This document shows, piece by piece, positions 50,327-62,602 of a stretch of DNA of 64,000 bases. Under the pieces are notes generated by a model, which saw only the letters and a list, made by a program, of their open reading frames with translations, was not told the DNA's origin and did no database searches. Each line of letters opens with the position of its first letter. Within the stretch, counting starts at the first letter, position 1. Origin of the DNA: Malacoraja senta (taxonomy: Eukaryota); contig CM075998.1 in assembly GCA_038087875.1 (NCBI GenBank), forward strand, positions 3,660,001 to 3,724,000. Reading direction: 5' to 3'. Made by a program: the position numbers and the translations under genes.

Positions 50327-50762
50327 GAAAGTCTGATCATCCACCTGATGATTTAATTTACCACTGTATATTACCCCTTAGCCTCCTGCGGTCCAGGAAA
50401 AAAATACCTATCCAGTCTGTCTTTATAACTCCAGTCCTCCTGTCCCAGTAACATCCATCTAAATCTGCTCTTTAGTTGTTGGTAGGATGGTTCAATTGCC
50501 TTCAAGCAAGAATTTCATTGTCCCATCTGGGACACATGACAATAAAACTCTCTGGACTCTTGACTTGGTAACAGATGGGAAGACACTGTCCCTGTCCCCA
50601 CAACAGAGGGGGCTCACATGGATCGTCCGTTGCTCCTGGTGACCGAGTCCGCGGACCGGACTGGACTTTGAAAATGGCACCAAAACTGGCGAGTCTTGCA
50701 TGCGATCTCAGTGGACCATTTCTATGCACTTTGTACTAATCAGGCATTGTGCTGGGGGATTG

Positions 50763-51087
50763 CAATAGACAATAGACATTAGGTGCAGGAGACGGCCATT
50801 TGGCCCTTCGACCCAGCCATTCAATGTGATCATGGCTGATCATCCCCAATCAGTACCCCGTTCCTGCCTTCTCCCCATATCCTCTGACTCCGCTATCTTT
50901 AAGAGCCCTATCTAGCTCTCTCTTGAAAGCATCCAGAGAACCTGCCTCCACCACCCTCTGAGGCAGCGAATTCCACAGACTCACCACTCTGTGAGAAAAA
51001 GTGTTTCCTTGTCTCCGTTCTAAATGGCTTACTCCTTATTCTTAAACTGTGTGGCCCCTGGTTCTGGACTCCCCCCAACATCGGGAA
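50763..51087 (-). mobile_element. CR1 LINE 3' fragment
   Basis: Same family as 27148-27651. Confidence 0.88.
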
Positions 51088-51228
51088 TATACTTTATCAG
51101 AAATACTTTACTGAACTGTATGTAAACTAGGAGTTTCACTGTATGTATGCGCATGTGACAATAAAGAATTATTGGCCAAAATGACCGAGGAGAAAGTTTC
51201 TTGATTTTCAAATAGGTTTAGTACTTGC

Positions 51229-51331
51229 CAGCCATTCTCCTTCCCATCAGTCCCACAAATCCATCGTAGGACAGGCCGTCGTAGAACCGCTTCAAGAAGA
51301 GATGGGGCAGCTTTTCCTCATTCAGACTTCC
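51229..51331 (-). CDS. tac3: tac3 exon encoding NKF/NKB-related peptide (GSLNEEKLPHLFLKR-FYDGLSYDGFVGLM-GRRMA)
   Basis: gttgcag| acceptor; FxGLM-G-RR tachykinin signature; donor is G|gcaagt (GC). Confidence 0.93.
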
Positions 51332-53134
51332 CTGCAACAGAAGGCTGTAGTAACTCAGCGGGTCAGGCGGTATCTCTGGAGAACACGGACGGGTGACATT
51401 TTGGGTCAGGACCCTACATCGGCCCACATGCCTGCCAACATCACACCGACTCCTTGCTGTATCTTCAAACAAAACTGGCAGAAGCTGGTGGTTCCTATCG
51501 CTCAGCCTCAACGCTATTACATGCAGAGCAAAGATGATGCTTCGCTCTACGACTTTGTCTTGCATGAAAGGTTTTGAGACAATATCTTGAGGTAGCACCT
51601 TCTTAAGTAGATTTGCAAAAGTAGAATAGCATCATCCACCAACACTGTAGATCCATAAGATAAGCTGGTTGCCTTTCCTAAATTTGGCAATCTTTGCCAT
51701 CATTTTTGATTTGTGGCCTGTTTTTTATTTTGTGGCCTATTACAATGGCCCTTGGATACCTTATCAAACATAGAACAGTATAGCACAGGAACAGGCCCTT
51801 CGGCCCAAAATTTCTATGCCGATCATGATGTCAAGTTAAACTAGTCTCCTCTGCCTGCACGTGATCCATATCTCTCCATTCCCTGCATATCCACGTGCCT
51901 ATCTAAAAGCCCCTTAAACACCACTAACATTATGTAACTCCATCACCACCCTGGCAGTGCATTCCAGGAATCAAGCACTCTCTGCACATCAACATAGAAG
52001 ATAGAACAGTACAGCCCAGGAACAGGCCCTTCGGCCCACAATGTCTGTGCCAAACCTGATGCCAAGTTAAACGAATCTGTGCCTGCACGTGATCTGTATC
52101 CTGCCATTCCCTGAGCAAGGCAGTTCTCTTTATATCCTTTAATTTTAATGAAGATTTTACAAGTGACAATATTGTCATCTTTATTCCCAATGCTATTAGT
52201 CAGTGACTTTGAGTATGATCATATTATAATCACAGGTAGACAAAAGTGCTGGAGAAACTCAGCGGGTGAGGCAGCATCTATGGAGCGAAGGAAATAGGTG
52301 ACGTTTCGGGTCGAGAACCTTCTTCAGACATAATAATAATGTTTCTTAAATAATGTTCCTAATAATATGTTTCTTATAATATGTTTCTTAAACATATTAT
52401 AATCATAGATCCCCAAAGATATGATACAATTTATACAGCAATTCAAAAGTAAACATTTAGCAACAAGCGTCATCCATTTTGGCATTTTTTTCCCCATGGA
52501 CTCCTAAATTAATCTTGCTGCTTTTGACCTAATTACACTTTGCGTTTACATTAGAATGCATTTACAACAATTAAACTATTGTTTTGCTTATTGTCACGTG
52601 TACCGAGGTACGGTGAAAAGCTTGTGTTGCGTGCTAACCAGTCAGCGGAAAGACAATACATGATTACAATCGAGCCATTCACAGTGTACAGATACATGAT
52701 GAATGGAATAAAGTTTAGTGCAAGGTAAAGCCAGTAAAGTCCGATCAAAGGCAGTCTGAGGGTTTCCAATGAGGTAGATAGTAGTTCAGGACCGCTCTCT
52801 GGTTGTGGTAGGATGGTTCAGTTGCCTGATAACAGCTGGGAAGAAACTGTACCTGAATCTGGAGGTGTGCGTTCGTTTTCACACTTCTGTACCTCTTGCC
52901 CGATGGGAGAAGGGATAGTTATACATCACCTTTAATAGGGTAAGATGTTCCACATGTATCAATCGGTATCGATTGACAACAGACTGACAAAATCAATATC
53001 AATTGACAAATGAAAGCTGACTACAAAATTGGTCAGGTTGGTGATTTGCTGAATATTGTACCGCACGAGGATTGAAACGATCTCCAAAATGGCAAACTAG
53101 AAATACCCCAGACCTTTAGAAGTGGGGAACTCAC

Positions 53135-53236
53135 CTTGGTCAGAACGTCGCCGCCTGCCACCAGCTGCCCCTCGTGGTTTGTGGAACACATTTCCAAAAA
53201 GGCAGAAGCCAAGGCCAAAGCAATGAAACCTTTCAT
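53135..53236 (-). CDS. tac3: tac3 first coding exon (MKGFIALALASAFLEMCSTNHEGQLVAGGDVLTK)
   Basis: Acceptor atcacag| before 53250, Kozak gcaacATG, hydrophobic leader, donor AAG|gtgagt, phase 0. Confidence 0.88.
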
Positions 53237-53654
53237 GTTGCCGACTCTTGCTGTGATTGGAAATGAAGCTTAACAAGAAAAGCAAAGAGGTAAAATGACA
53301 CGGAAAGTAATTGCATGGACATTCATCAAACAGAGAGAGTTGCCGGATTGACAATAGACAATAGACAATAGGTGCAGGAGTAGGCCATTCGGCCCTTCGA
53401 GCCAGCACGGCCATTCAATGTGATCATGGCTGATCATCCCCAATCAGTACCCTGTTCCTGCCTTCACCCCATATCCCCTGACTCTGCTATTTTTAAGAGC
53501 CTATGCTTGTAGGAAACATGTCCTGGAAAAGCCTCCTCATTCAAGTTGCAAATGATAATTCTTAGCATTTCAATGAATTGGATTAGATTACATGGCATAT
53601 GATCAATCACTGGAGGGTTGTTTGGATATATTTTCTCGGCTATTAGTTTCACAG

Positions 53655-53884
53655 GTGGCACGGTGGCGCAGCGGTAGAGTTGCTGCCTTACAGCGAATGC
53701 AGCGCCGGAGACCCGGGTTCCATCCTGACTACGGATGCTGTCTGTACGGAGTTTGTACGTCTCGGTTTCGTCCCAAAGGATTGGCTTGGTAAATTGTCCC
53801 TAGTCGGTAAAGGATAGTGTTAATGTGCGGGGATCGCTGGTCGAAAGGGGCCTGTTTCCGCGCTGTATCTCTAAACTAAACTAA
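53655..53884 (+). mobile_element. tRNA-derived SINE copy (internally deleted)
   Basis: A/B boxes and (CTAAA)n tail. Confidence 0.82.
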
Positions 53885-54885
53885 GCTATTTATTCTTGTT
53901 ATAGGTTATAGGAGTATTCGGCTCATCAAGTCCACTCCACCATTCAATCATGGCTGATCTATCTCTCCCTCTCGACCCCATTCTCCCCATAACCCCTGAC
54001 GCCCGTACTAATCAAGTTCCTCAGTCTAAATGATTGTTTTGCTGATGCCTGGGCAGTTGGAGCAACACCAAGTACCACCCATTACAATACCCTGGGCCGA
54101 TGTCCTGGACATTCTCAGACAGTATTGTTTCCCTGTTGACTATGACCAGCTGCGCCACTGTGCCGTCCAACTTTGAGTTCATTCTTGCGGCCAGGCACTG
54201 TGCAAAGTCATGATCCCGACTAAAAATATCACCTGTCCACAATGCTGCCTGACCTGCCGAGTTACTCCAGCACTTTGCATCTTAAAAAAAAAAATTAAAC
54301 ACTTAAGATCTAAAAGAAAAACAGTGATAATTCCCTTATAATCTCAATCGTTAATTTAAAGTGTAGGAATGAACCGCTGATGTTGGTTTAAACGGCAGAT
54401 GCTGGTAACTCAGTGGGGACAGGCGAGAAGGAAAGGGTGACGTTTTGGGTCGAGACCCTTCTTCAGACCTGTCTGTCTGTCTATCCTTAATTTAAACACT
54501 TTTTAAATGCACTAGTTAGCATTATTTTAACCCATATTAAAAATCTCCATAATCAGTTAGTTTTCCAACCCGAAGCCTCACCTGTTCATCTTCCTCCAGC
54601 ACGTTATGTTTTCCTTCATCAGTTAATCATATTTACATTGGAAATACCTTACCCTTGCAGGGATTTATCTGTGATTTGGAGAAAATTGTCTTTGGAGATT
54701 GAACTTGAAAAGTTATTACGTGTCAGGTCAGGCAAAGAGAAACATCCCACCTGAAGTAGGTCAGGCATAAATGGATTTGAATATCTCCAGTTCGGCAAAG
54801 GTATGCGTGCTGTTTCACTTAAAGATACACTTCTCTGTTCTCCTTCAGTGGGTAAACGAGAGCGGACATTTGCATAAGCGCCTCA

Positions 54886-55085
54886 NNNNNNNNNNNNNNN
54901 NNNNNNNNNNNNNNNNNNNNNNNNNNNNNNNNNNNNNNNNNNNNNNNNNNNNNNNNNNNNNNNNNNNNNNNNNNNNNNNNNNNNNNNNNNNNNNNNNNNN
55001 NNNNNNNNNNNNNNNNNNNNNNNNNNNNNNNNNNNNNNNNNNNNNNNNNNNNNNNNNNNNNNNNNNNNNNNNNNNNNNNNNNNNN
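54886..55085. other. assembly gap (200 N)
   Basis: N-run. Confidence 1.
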
Positions 55086-55885
55086 CCAACTTTTTTGCCC
55101 TGATTTAGATCAGATAAAAACCACAGCTTCCAATTGCTAACCAATGCCTCCAACGTGTTTAGCAATGGCAAAGATTGCACAATAAGCTGTCGTGTTCACT
55201 ATCCGGGAATGTGCGGATACGTGGGTACCATCTGATGAGCACGAGGCTCTGATTTGGGGTGGTGGCACCTTACAATGGTCACCACTTATGAAGCAGTGAT
55301 TGACACGGAATCATTGACTGGTCATTGGAGGAACTCAGCGGGTCAGGCAGCTTCTGCGGAGGGAATGGACTGGTGACGTTTCGGGTCGGGACCCTTCTTC
55401 AGCCTGGCCCGCTGAATTCCTCCAGCACTTTGTGTTTTGCTCAAGATTCCAGCGTCTGCAGTTCCTTGTGTCATCATTGACCAGGTGCGGTTTGTCGTGA
55501 GATTGAGTCAACTCATTTTCTCTCTCGGACAGTGAAAATATTTCTCAAAGCTGTACATAGTTTGAAGCCTTTAACCTCTTTAAGACATAAATGATCACAA
55601 TTATTCTCTGTTATGATTGAATACTTTGAGTGATAATGGTTTAAAATTAATGTTGAATACATTAATATTTACTTAAGCGCTGATTTGTTAACGATCGTCA
55701 TTAGCACAAATTATAATGGGAATATCCATAGATTTATCAGTATTTGCAGAGTTTAACTGCAGAACCAATGAGAGGGTCACTGTGCAATACTAGTTATTAA
55801 TGATTCCACTGATAATTAATCGCTTCCAAGTCTGGCTTCAGGCCGTGTCCTTGAAGTTTGTGTCCCCTTACTCTGATGGAGTAAA

Positions 55886-56578
55886 GGGCCTGTCCCACTT
55901 ACGTGTCCTTGACACGCAAATTACGCAACCTCGTGGTCGCGTTGAGCCGCGACGGTCCCGCGAAGGTCGGGCGCGATTCCATGCGTACGCACAGCCGTCT
56001 GGAGCGCGTGACGTCATTTGAAGATGGACACGAAGCTGGAGTAACTCAGCAGGACCGGCAGCATCTCTGGAGAGAAGCAATGGGTGATGTTTCGTGTCGA
56101 GACTCTTCTTCAGTCTGAGAAGAAGGGTCTCGACCCGAAACGTCACCCATTCCTTCTCTCCAGAGTTGCTGCCGGTCCCGCTGAGTTACTCCAGCTTTTT
56201 GTGTCTATCTTCAATTTTCTTGGCCCCGCTCTGGGAGTAGAAGTGGGGGCGGATCCGGACCGCAACGGCCGTGAGCCCCAGGCCGAGTTCGGCGATCGTT
56301 TGCCTGCTTCTGCTGCTGTTGAAGGTGAGACGTTGCGTCACACCAGGGTCTTGGGCCTGTCACACTTTGGCCGTCAGTTCCGCGACAGGCCGTTGGCGCG
56401 CGGAGATTTCGTTCACTACAAAAATTTCGGAGCCCCGCGCGATGTCGTGCACAACTACATACCCCTCCGCGCTTCTCAGTGGGACCGGCCCCGCGCGGCC
56501 ATACGATGCCCGTACGCCTCAACACGACCACGAGATCATGTAATTTGCGTGCCAAGGACACGTAAGTGGGACAGGCCC
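55886..56578. mobile_element. composite MITE with ~55-bp TIRs carrying a Penelope-derived palindrome
   Basis: GGGCCTGTCCCACTTACGTGTCCTTG ... CAAGGACACGTAAGTGGGACAGGCCC; cargo at 56020-56212. Confidence 0.85.
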
Positions 56579-57471
56579 TTTAGGGGAGAGAGCAGTAAGC
56601 ATGCATCAGTTCTGTGACTGTCCTCATAACAAGAGAGACAAACAGACCATTTACACCTGTGTGATGGTGCATATTCAAGGTGGGGTTGGGGTGAATGGAC
56701 TTTGCATGGAGTCAAACAGCATGAGAACGCAGGCCCTTCAGCCCAACTTGTCCATGCCAACCAAGCTGCCCCATCTAAGCTGTGTAGGAAGGAACTACAG
56801 ATGCTGGTTTAAACCAAAGATAGACACAAAAACCTGGAGTAACTCAACGGGTCAGGCAGCATCTCTGGAGAAAGGGAATAGGTGATGTTTTGGGTCTTAT
56901 CCCATCTAAGTTAGTCCCTTTTCCTACGTTTTGGGTCACATCACTCTAAACCTTTCCTATCCATGCACCTGTCCAAATGTCTTTTGCATGGTGTTTATAG
57001 TCCCTGCATCAACTACTTACTCTGGCAACTTGCTCCACATACCCACCACATAGCCCCACAGTGCTTTTATCTGGACTTAAAGATGGGGAAACTCTCATTC
57101 ATTCTCTATCCAATTACAGGTTAATCACTGACAACATTGCTATTCTAAATTTGGAGCAGAGTTTACCAACAGGAAAAGGAACGGGTTTATTTTTGCAGTC
57201 AACCCTTTCAATGAGCCCAATCCAAGCCGCTTAACAGCATCTTGTGAAATTAGTTTCTCCATCTGTTTAATGATATTTGCAACCACGTGTAGGCAGATGA
57301 GGTGAGTTTACCCTGGCATCGACCATGTGGGCTGAAGGGCCTGTTGCCATGCAGTACTATTCTATGTTTTAAATGAAGTTAAGATTTTTATTTGATTTTT
57401 AATACCACACAGAAGGTTAATTTAACAAATGCAATGACTTATCGGTCATTTAGTTTAGTTTCCCTTGTGCT

Positions 57472-57776
57472 TTTAGTTTTAGAGATACAGCGCGGGAACA
57501 GGCCCTTCGGCCCACCGAGTCCGCGCCGACCAGCGATCCCCGCACACTGGCACCACCCGACACACCACACTAGGGACAATTTACACTTATACCAAGCCAA
57601 TTAACATACAAACCTGTACGTCTTTGGAGTGTGGGAGGAAACCGGAGCTCCCCAAGAAATCCAACGCAGGTCACAGGGAGAAGGTACAAACTCCGTACAG
57701 ACAGCACCCGTAGTCAGGATGGAACCCGGGTCTCTGGTGCTGTAAGGCAGCAACTCTACCCGCTGCGCCACCGTGT
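57472..57776 (-). mobile_element. tRNA-derived SINE copy
   Basis: Reverse complement of the 28-324 family. Confidence 0.85.
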
Positions 57777-58299
57777 CGCTCTTTTTGGTACGTTTTTTTG
57801 AATATGCTTCTAAAAAAGAAGCAGTACAGATGGCAGCAGAGAAGTTGGTTTGAGTCACTGGGCCCCGCGTTGCGAGCAGAACAAGCTGGGAATTATCACT
57901 GCAGGGGATGCTGTCAGTCAAACAGCCTGCACATTGCTCACGGCATTTATCCCATCAGTGGATCTCTGCAGCTCTCTCAGATTGTCAGCCTCACAAACCC
58001 CTCCAGTCTGCAATCCTCCAATGATGTCATCAGTGCCCAATGCGTTGGGGGGGAAAAAAGGCAGAGAAAAGATGAAAGAATCGTGAGGGAAGTTATTCAG
58101 ACAAGTCACTGTCTGTTTTAGCACAGTACCCAGTTTGTTCTTGCATGGACATACACAGTACTTGCAGCACAGAAATAGGCCATTGGCCCGACAGCTTTAG
58201 ACACCCACAGAGGGTGGTGAATGTGTGCAACGTACTGCTGGGGGTGGTGGTGGTTCAGGCAGATACAATAGTGGCATTTGAGACTTTGGGATAGGCACA

Positions 58300-58721
58300 T
58301 GGTGCAGGAGTAGGCCATTCGGCCCTTCGAGCCTGCACTGCCATTCAATATGATCATGGCTGATCATCCAACTCAGTATCCTGTACCTGCCTTCTCTCCA
58401 TACCCCCTGATCCCTTTAGCCACAAGGGCCACATCTAACTCCCTCTTAAATATAGCCAATGAACTGGCCTCAACTACCTTCTGTGGCAGAGAATTCCACA
58501 GATTCACCACACTCTGTGTGAATCTTTTTTTTCTCATCTCGGTCCTAAAAGACTTCCCCCTTATCCTTAAACTGTGTGACCCCTTGTTCTGGACTTCCCC
58601 AACATCGGGAACAATCTTCCTGCATCTAGCCTGTCCAACCCCTTAAGAATTTTGTACGTTTCTATAAGATTCCCCCTCAATCGTCTCAATTCTAGCGAGT
58701 ACAAGCCGAGTCTATCCAGTC
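58300..58721 (-). mobile_element. CR1 LINE 3' fragment
   Basis: RLDRLGLYSLE...LIETYKILKGLDRL. Confidence 0.9.
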
Positions 58722-59034
58722 TTGGGTTATGTGCAGGTAGGTAAGAGTTAGTTTTGACATCATGTTTGGCACAGACATTGTTCGCCAAAGGGCCTGTTCC
58801 TGTTCGGCCCACAATGTCTATGCCAAGCAAGACACCAATTTAAATTTAACCTATCTGTCTCTATCCCTCCATTCCCTGCATGTTCAAGTGTCTGGCTAAA
58901 GAACCCACATTATGCTTTGCCCATCTCACCTTAAAGCTATGCCCGCTCCTCTTTGAAGTATGTAACTGTGCTTGTTATGTTCGTAGATAGTCGCTACCTG
59001 GCACTAATTTTACCTTGCACTTGTCTTTAGACTT

Positions 59035-59331
59035 TATTTTAGACTCTTGCGAAACAGTGGCCCAATGCGTCCGCGCCGACCAGCGACCACCCCGTGCACT
59101 AGCACTATCCTACACACACTAGGGACAATTTACAATCTTTACCGAAGACAATTAACCTACACAGATGTAGGTCTTTGGAGTGTGGGAGGAAACTGGAGCA
59201 CCCGGAGAAAAACCACGCAGGTCATGGGGAGAACGTACAAACTCCGTACAGACAGCACCCATAGTCGGGATCGAACCCAGGTCTCTGGCGCTGTGAGGCA
59301 GCAACTCTACTACTGCGCCACCGTGCTGCCC
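59035..59331 (-). mobile_element. tRNA-derived SINE copy
   Basis: Reverse complement of the 28-324 family. Confidence 0.85.
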
Positions 59332-59554
59332 CTGTGTCAGTCTGAGCTTGCTTGCTTCATAACCAGAGGTTTGAAAGGAAGACACAAAAAGCTGGAGTAA
59401 CTCAGTGGGTCAGACAGTACTGTATCTCTGGAGTAAAGGAATAGGTGACATTTTGGGTCGTTTTGTGTCTGAAGAAGGGTCTCAACCCGAAACGTCACCT
59501 ATTCCTTTTCTCCAGAGATGCCGTCTGACCTGCTGAGTTACTCCAGCTTTTTGT

Positions 59555-59940
59555 GTCACCTATCCATGTTCTCCACAGATGCTGCCTGACCCGCTGAGTT
59601 ACTCCAGCACTCTGTGAAACGTCACCTATCCATGTTCTCCACAGATGCTGCCTGACCCGCTGAGTTACTCCAGCACTCTGTGAAACGTCACCTATCCATG
59701 TTCTCCACAGATGCTGCCTGACCCGCTGAGTTACTCCAGCACTCTGTGAAACGTCACCTATCCATGTTCTCCACAGATGCTGCCTGACCCACTGGGTTAC
59801 TCCAGCACTCTGTGAAACGTCACCTATCCATGTTCTCCACAGATGCTGCCTGACCCGCTGAGTTACTCCAGCACTCTGTGAAACGTCACTTATCCATGTT
59901 CTCCACAGATGCTGCCTGACCCGCTGAGTTACTCCAGCAC
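59555..59940. repeat. 66-bp tandem array, ~6 copies, reverse complement of the 38031 array
   Basis: Unit GTCACCTATCCATGTTCTCCACAGATGCTGCCTGACCCGCTGAGTTACTCCAGCACTCTGTGAAAC. Confidence 0.97.
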
Positions 59941-62064
59941 TTTGTGTCTGCCTCTACACAGAGTCGGAAGAGAATGCCAAGAAAGAGTTGCCCGAGAAGT
60001 TGAGGTTAATTTATTTAATAAACAATTTGCAACCCTGCAGGAAGAGCGTAGTGTTGTGATCGTGAGACGCTGCCGTCAGATGCAACATCATCTCCTATTA
60101 AATGATTTCTTCTACTTCAACCTTGTCCTTTGCATATTTTCTTGGAACATGGGCAGGAGATGCTTGTATTGTCTTTCTGGATCAAAGGTGCATTCAAGAC
60201 TCTTTAACATAAGGCCCTTCATTTGATTACTTGTGTTGACCATCATGTTAAACCAACAGAACACACATGAATATTAAACAGGGTATTGTTTGTAGATGAA
60301 ACTAATGTGTGTATGGCCCTTGAGATTTTGAAGTTGAATGTAACCAGAAGGAATCCTCTCTTCAGAAATACTTCTTTTATTATTTGTATTTGTGTGCTTA
60401 TCCACATAAAAGATGACAGCATAGAAGGACAAGATTTCAGTATTCAGTATTAACTTTAATGTCATTTCACTGAGTACTTACATACACAGAAGAAACGAAA
60501 AATTGTTTCTCATCAGTTCCTGTCAGTGCAGTTAATAAAAACAGAATAAATACATACAACTTTAAAATTAACATATCTAAAATTGACGTAAAATTGAACT
60601 AAAAACAGACATTCAGGCCGAACAGTGACTTTACCTTGACAGGTGTCTAGCTGTCAGAGTTTGGGCGAGGTTAGATGTGTGGGTGTATGTATGATGTATG
60701 GGGAGGGTTTCACTTCTCTGTGGGGGAAGGAACTGCAGATGCTGGCTTAAACCGAAGATAGACACAAAAATCTGGATTAACTCAGCGGGACAGGAGAGAA
60801 GGAATGGGTGACGTTTCGGGTTGGCACCCTTCTTCCTTCTCTGCCATGTCCTTCCATGAATGAAACCCCTTCAGATCAGCACGACACAAGGCAATGGGTG
60901 CCAGACTGAACTAAAATACCAAACTTATTCTCCAATGCATCCACTGCTCGGACGTGGAAACAAGATCTCTTGAGCAAAACACCAAGTGCTGGAGGAACTC
61001 AGCAGGTCAGGCAGCAACTGTGGAGGGAATGCACAGGTGACAATTTACAATGATACCAAGCTCCATGTTGCATGCTCCTTCCACTGCCTGCACTTGGCTG
61101 ACTCGGAGAGACTCCGGCACTCAATGCCTTCCCAGTTGCTCCTTCTCAATGGGTGGTCAGAGCTAGTGATTTGCACAAATCGATGAGGACATTCCTTGGG
61201 TTGCTAGAAACTGGCATTGATTTCTCTGGAGTATCAGAGGCTGTGGGAATATCTGATACAAGTATGAGCGGCATTCATAGTGTAGACAGTCAGAATCTTT
61301 TTCCCAGGACCAGAGGGCATAGTTTTTAGGTGAAAGGGGCAAAGTTTAAAGGAGATGTCTGGGGCAAGTTTTTTTACACAGAGAGTGGTGGGTGCCTGGA
61401 ACGCGCTGGAGGTGGTGGAGGCAGATACGATAGTGGTGTTTAAGAGGCCTTTAGATGCACAGGCAGTAAATGGAGGAATATGGATCATGTGCAGGCAGAG
61501 GAGATGAGTTTAACTTGGTGAGTAGGAAGGAACTGCAGATGCTGGTTTAAACCGAAGATAGATGCAAAATGCTGGAGTAACTCAGCGGGACAGGCAGCAT
61601 CTCTGGAGAGAAGGAATGGGTGGCGTTTCGGGTCAAGAACCTTCTTCAGATGCTGGTTTAAACCGAAGATAGACACAAAATGGTGGAGTAACTCAGCAGG
61701 AGACAACATCTCTGGGTAGAGGGAATGGGTAACGTTTCGGGTCGAGACCCTTCTTCAGACATGATTAACTTGGTATCATGTTCAGCAAGGACAATGTGTG
61801 ACGAAGGGACAATTCCTGCACAGTGCTGTACTGTTCTATGTTCTATGACCCCACAAATGAATGTAAGCAGCGTTGGTAAAATGACAGATAATTACATTGA
61901 CTCATTTTTTAATCGGCAAGCAGGAGCACGGCATGAGAGGGAATATCAAGAAAGGTGTCAAAAATTATAGATAAATAGTGGAGAGATCATTGATAAACCA
62001 GACAAGCTTAGAGAGGATAACAGAAGAGGTGCAGATGGTTTGTATCCAGGCACACTGGCAAACT

Positions 62065-62602
62065 TTTTCTCGACGGAAATGCAATTTTCTCCCGTATCGT
62101 ATCTCCGTCTGCACTGCAGCCTAACATCGAGGAGTTGGAGGCCTTTGCTGGAGACTGACTTTTGAGATCTCCTCCGCGGAGAGCCTATGGGACTTTAACA
62201 TCGCAGAGCCTGCGATCCCTTTGTCAGGGATCGACCTCGGTGCTCCGACCGTGAGTGCTTGCGGACTTTAACTTCGTGGAGCCCGCGGTCTCTGGTCAGA
62301 GACCGACTTCGGGAACTCCAAACCACAGGAGCTTCAACCGCCCCGACGCGGGAGCTTCGACCGCCGGCTACTGGAGCTTCAATTGCCCCGATGGTTCGAC
62401 TGCCCCGACAGCCGGAGAATAAAGAGGACGAAGATTGGACTTTTGTGCCTTCCATCACAGTGAGAAATGTGGGGAATCCACTGTGGTGGATGTTTATGTT
62501 AACTTTTATGTAATTGTGTGTTTTGTTGCTTTTTTTTTTCATATGGCTGCATGGTAATTCGCATATCACTGTGCCTTAATTGGTACATGTGACAATAAAA
62601 GA
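62065..62602 (+). mobile_element. GC-rich non-autonomous retroposon
   Basis: GCCTTCCATCACAGTG stem-loop; GACAATAAA plus TTTGAAACA repeat tail. Confidence 0.7.

Larger units (their letters stand above)
44610..53250 (-). other. tac3: tac3 gene span (preprotachykinin B: NKB plus NKF/NKB-related peptide)
   Basis: Signal peptide plus two KR-...FVGLM-GRR cassettes. The 30-nt and 54-nt internal exons match the TAC3 layout. Precursor is 121-126 aa. Confidence 0.93.

Noticed and set aside
50618..50721. Exon-like segment in the tac3 intron with a gtgagc donor
   Set aside because: 104 nt, and contains a TGA in the required phase; not needed for the precursor
54647..54700. Candidate tac3 non-coding exon 1 donor (AGG|gtaagg) with a nearby octamer ATTTGCAT at 54868
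   Set aside because: No TSS evidence, and the adjacent gap may hide the true promoter
56084..56617. 177-aa ORF in the MITE as a transposase
   Set aside because: Runs through a Penelope palindrome and the TIR; no DDE or Myb-like motif
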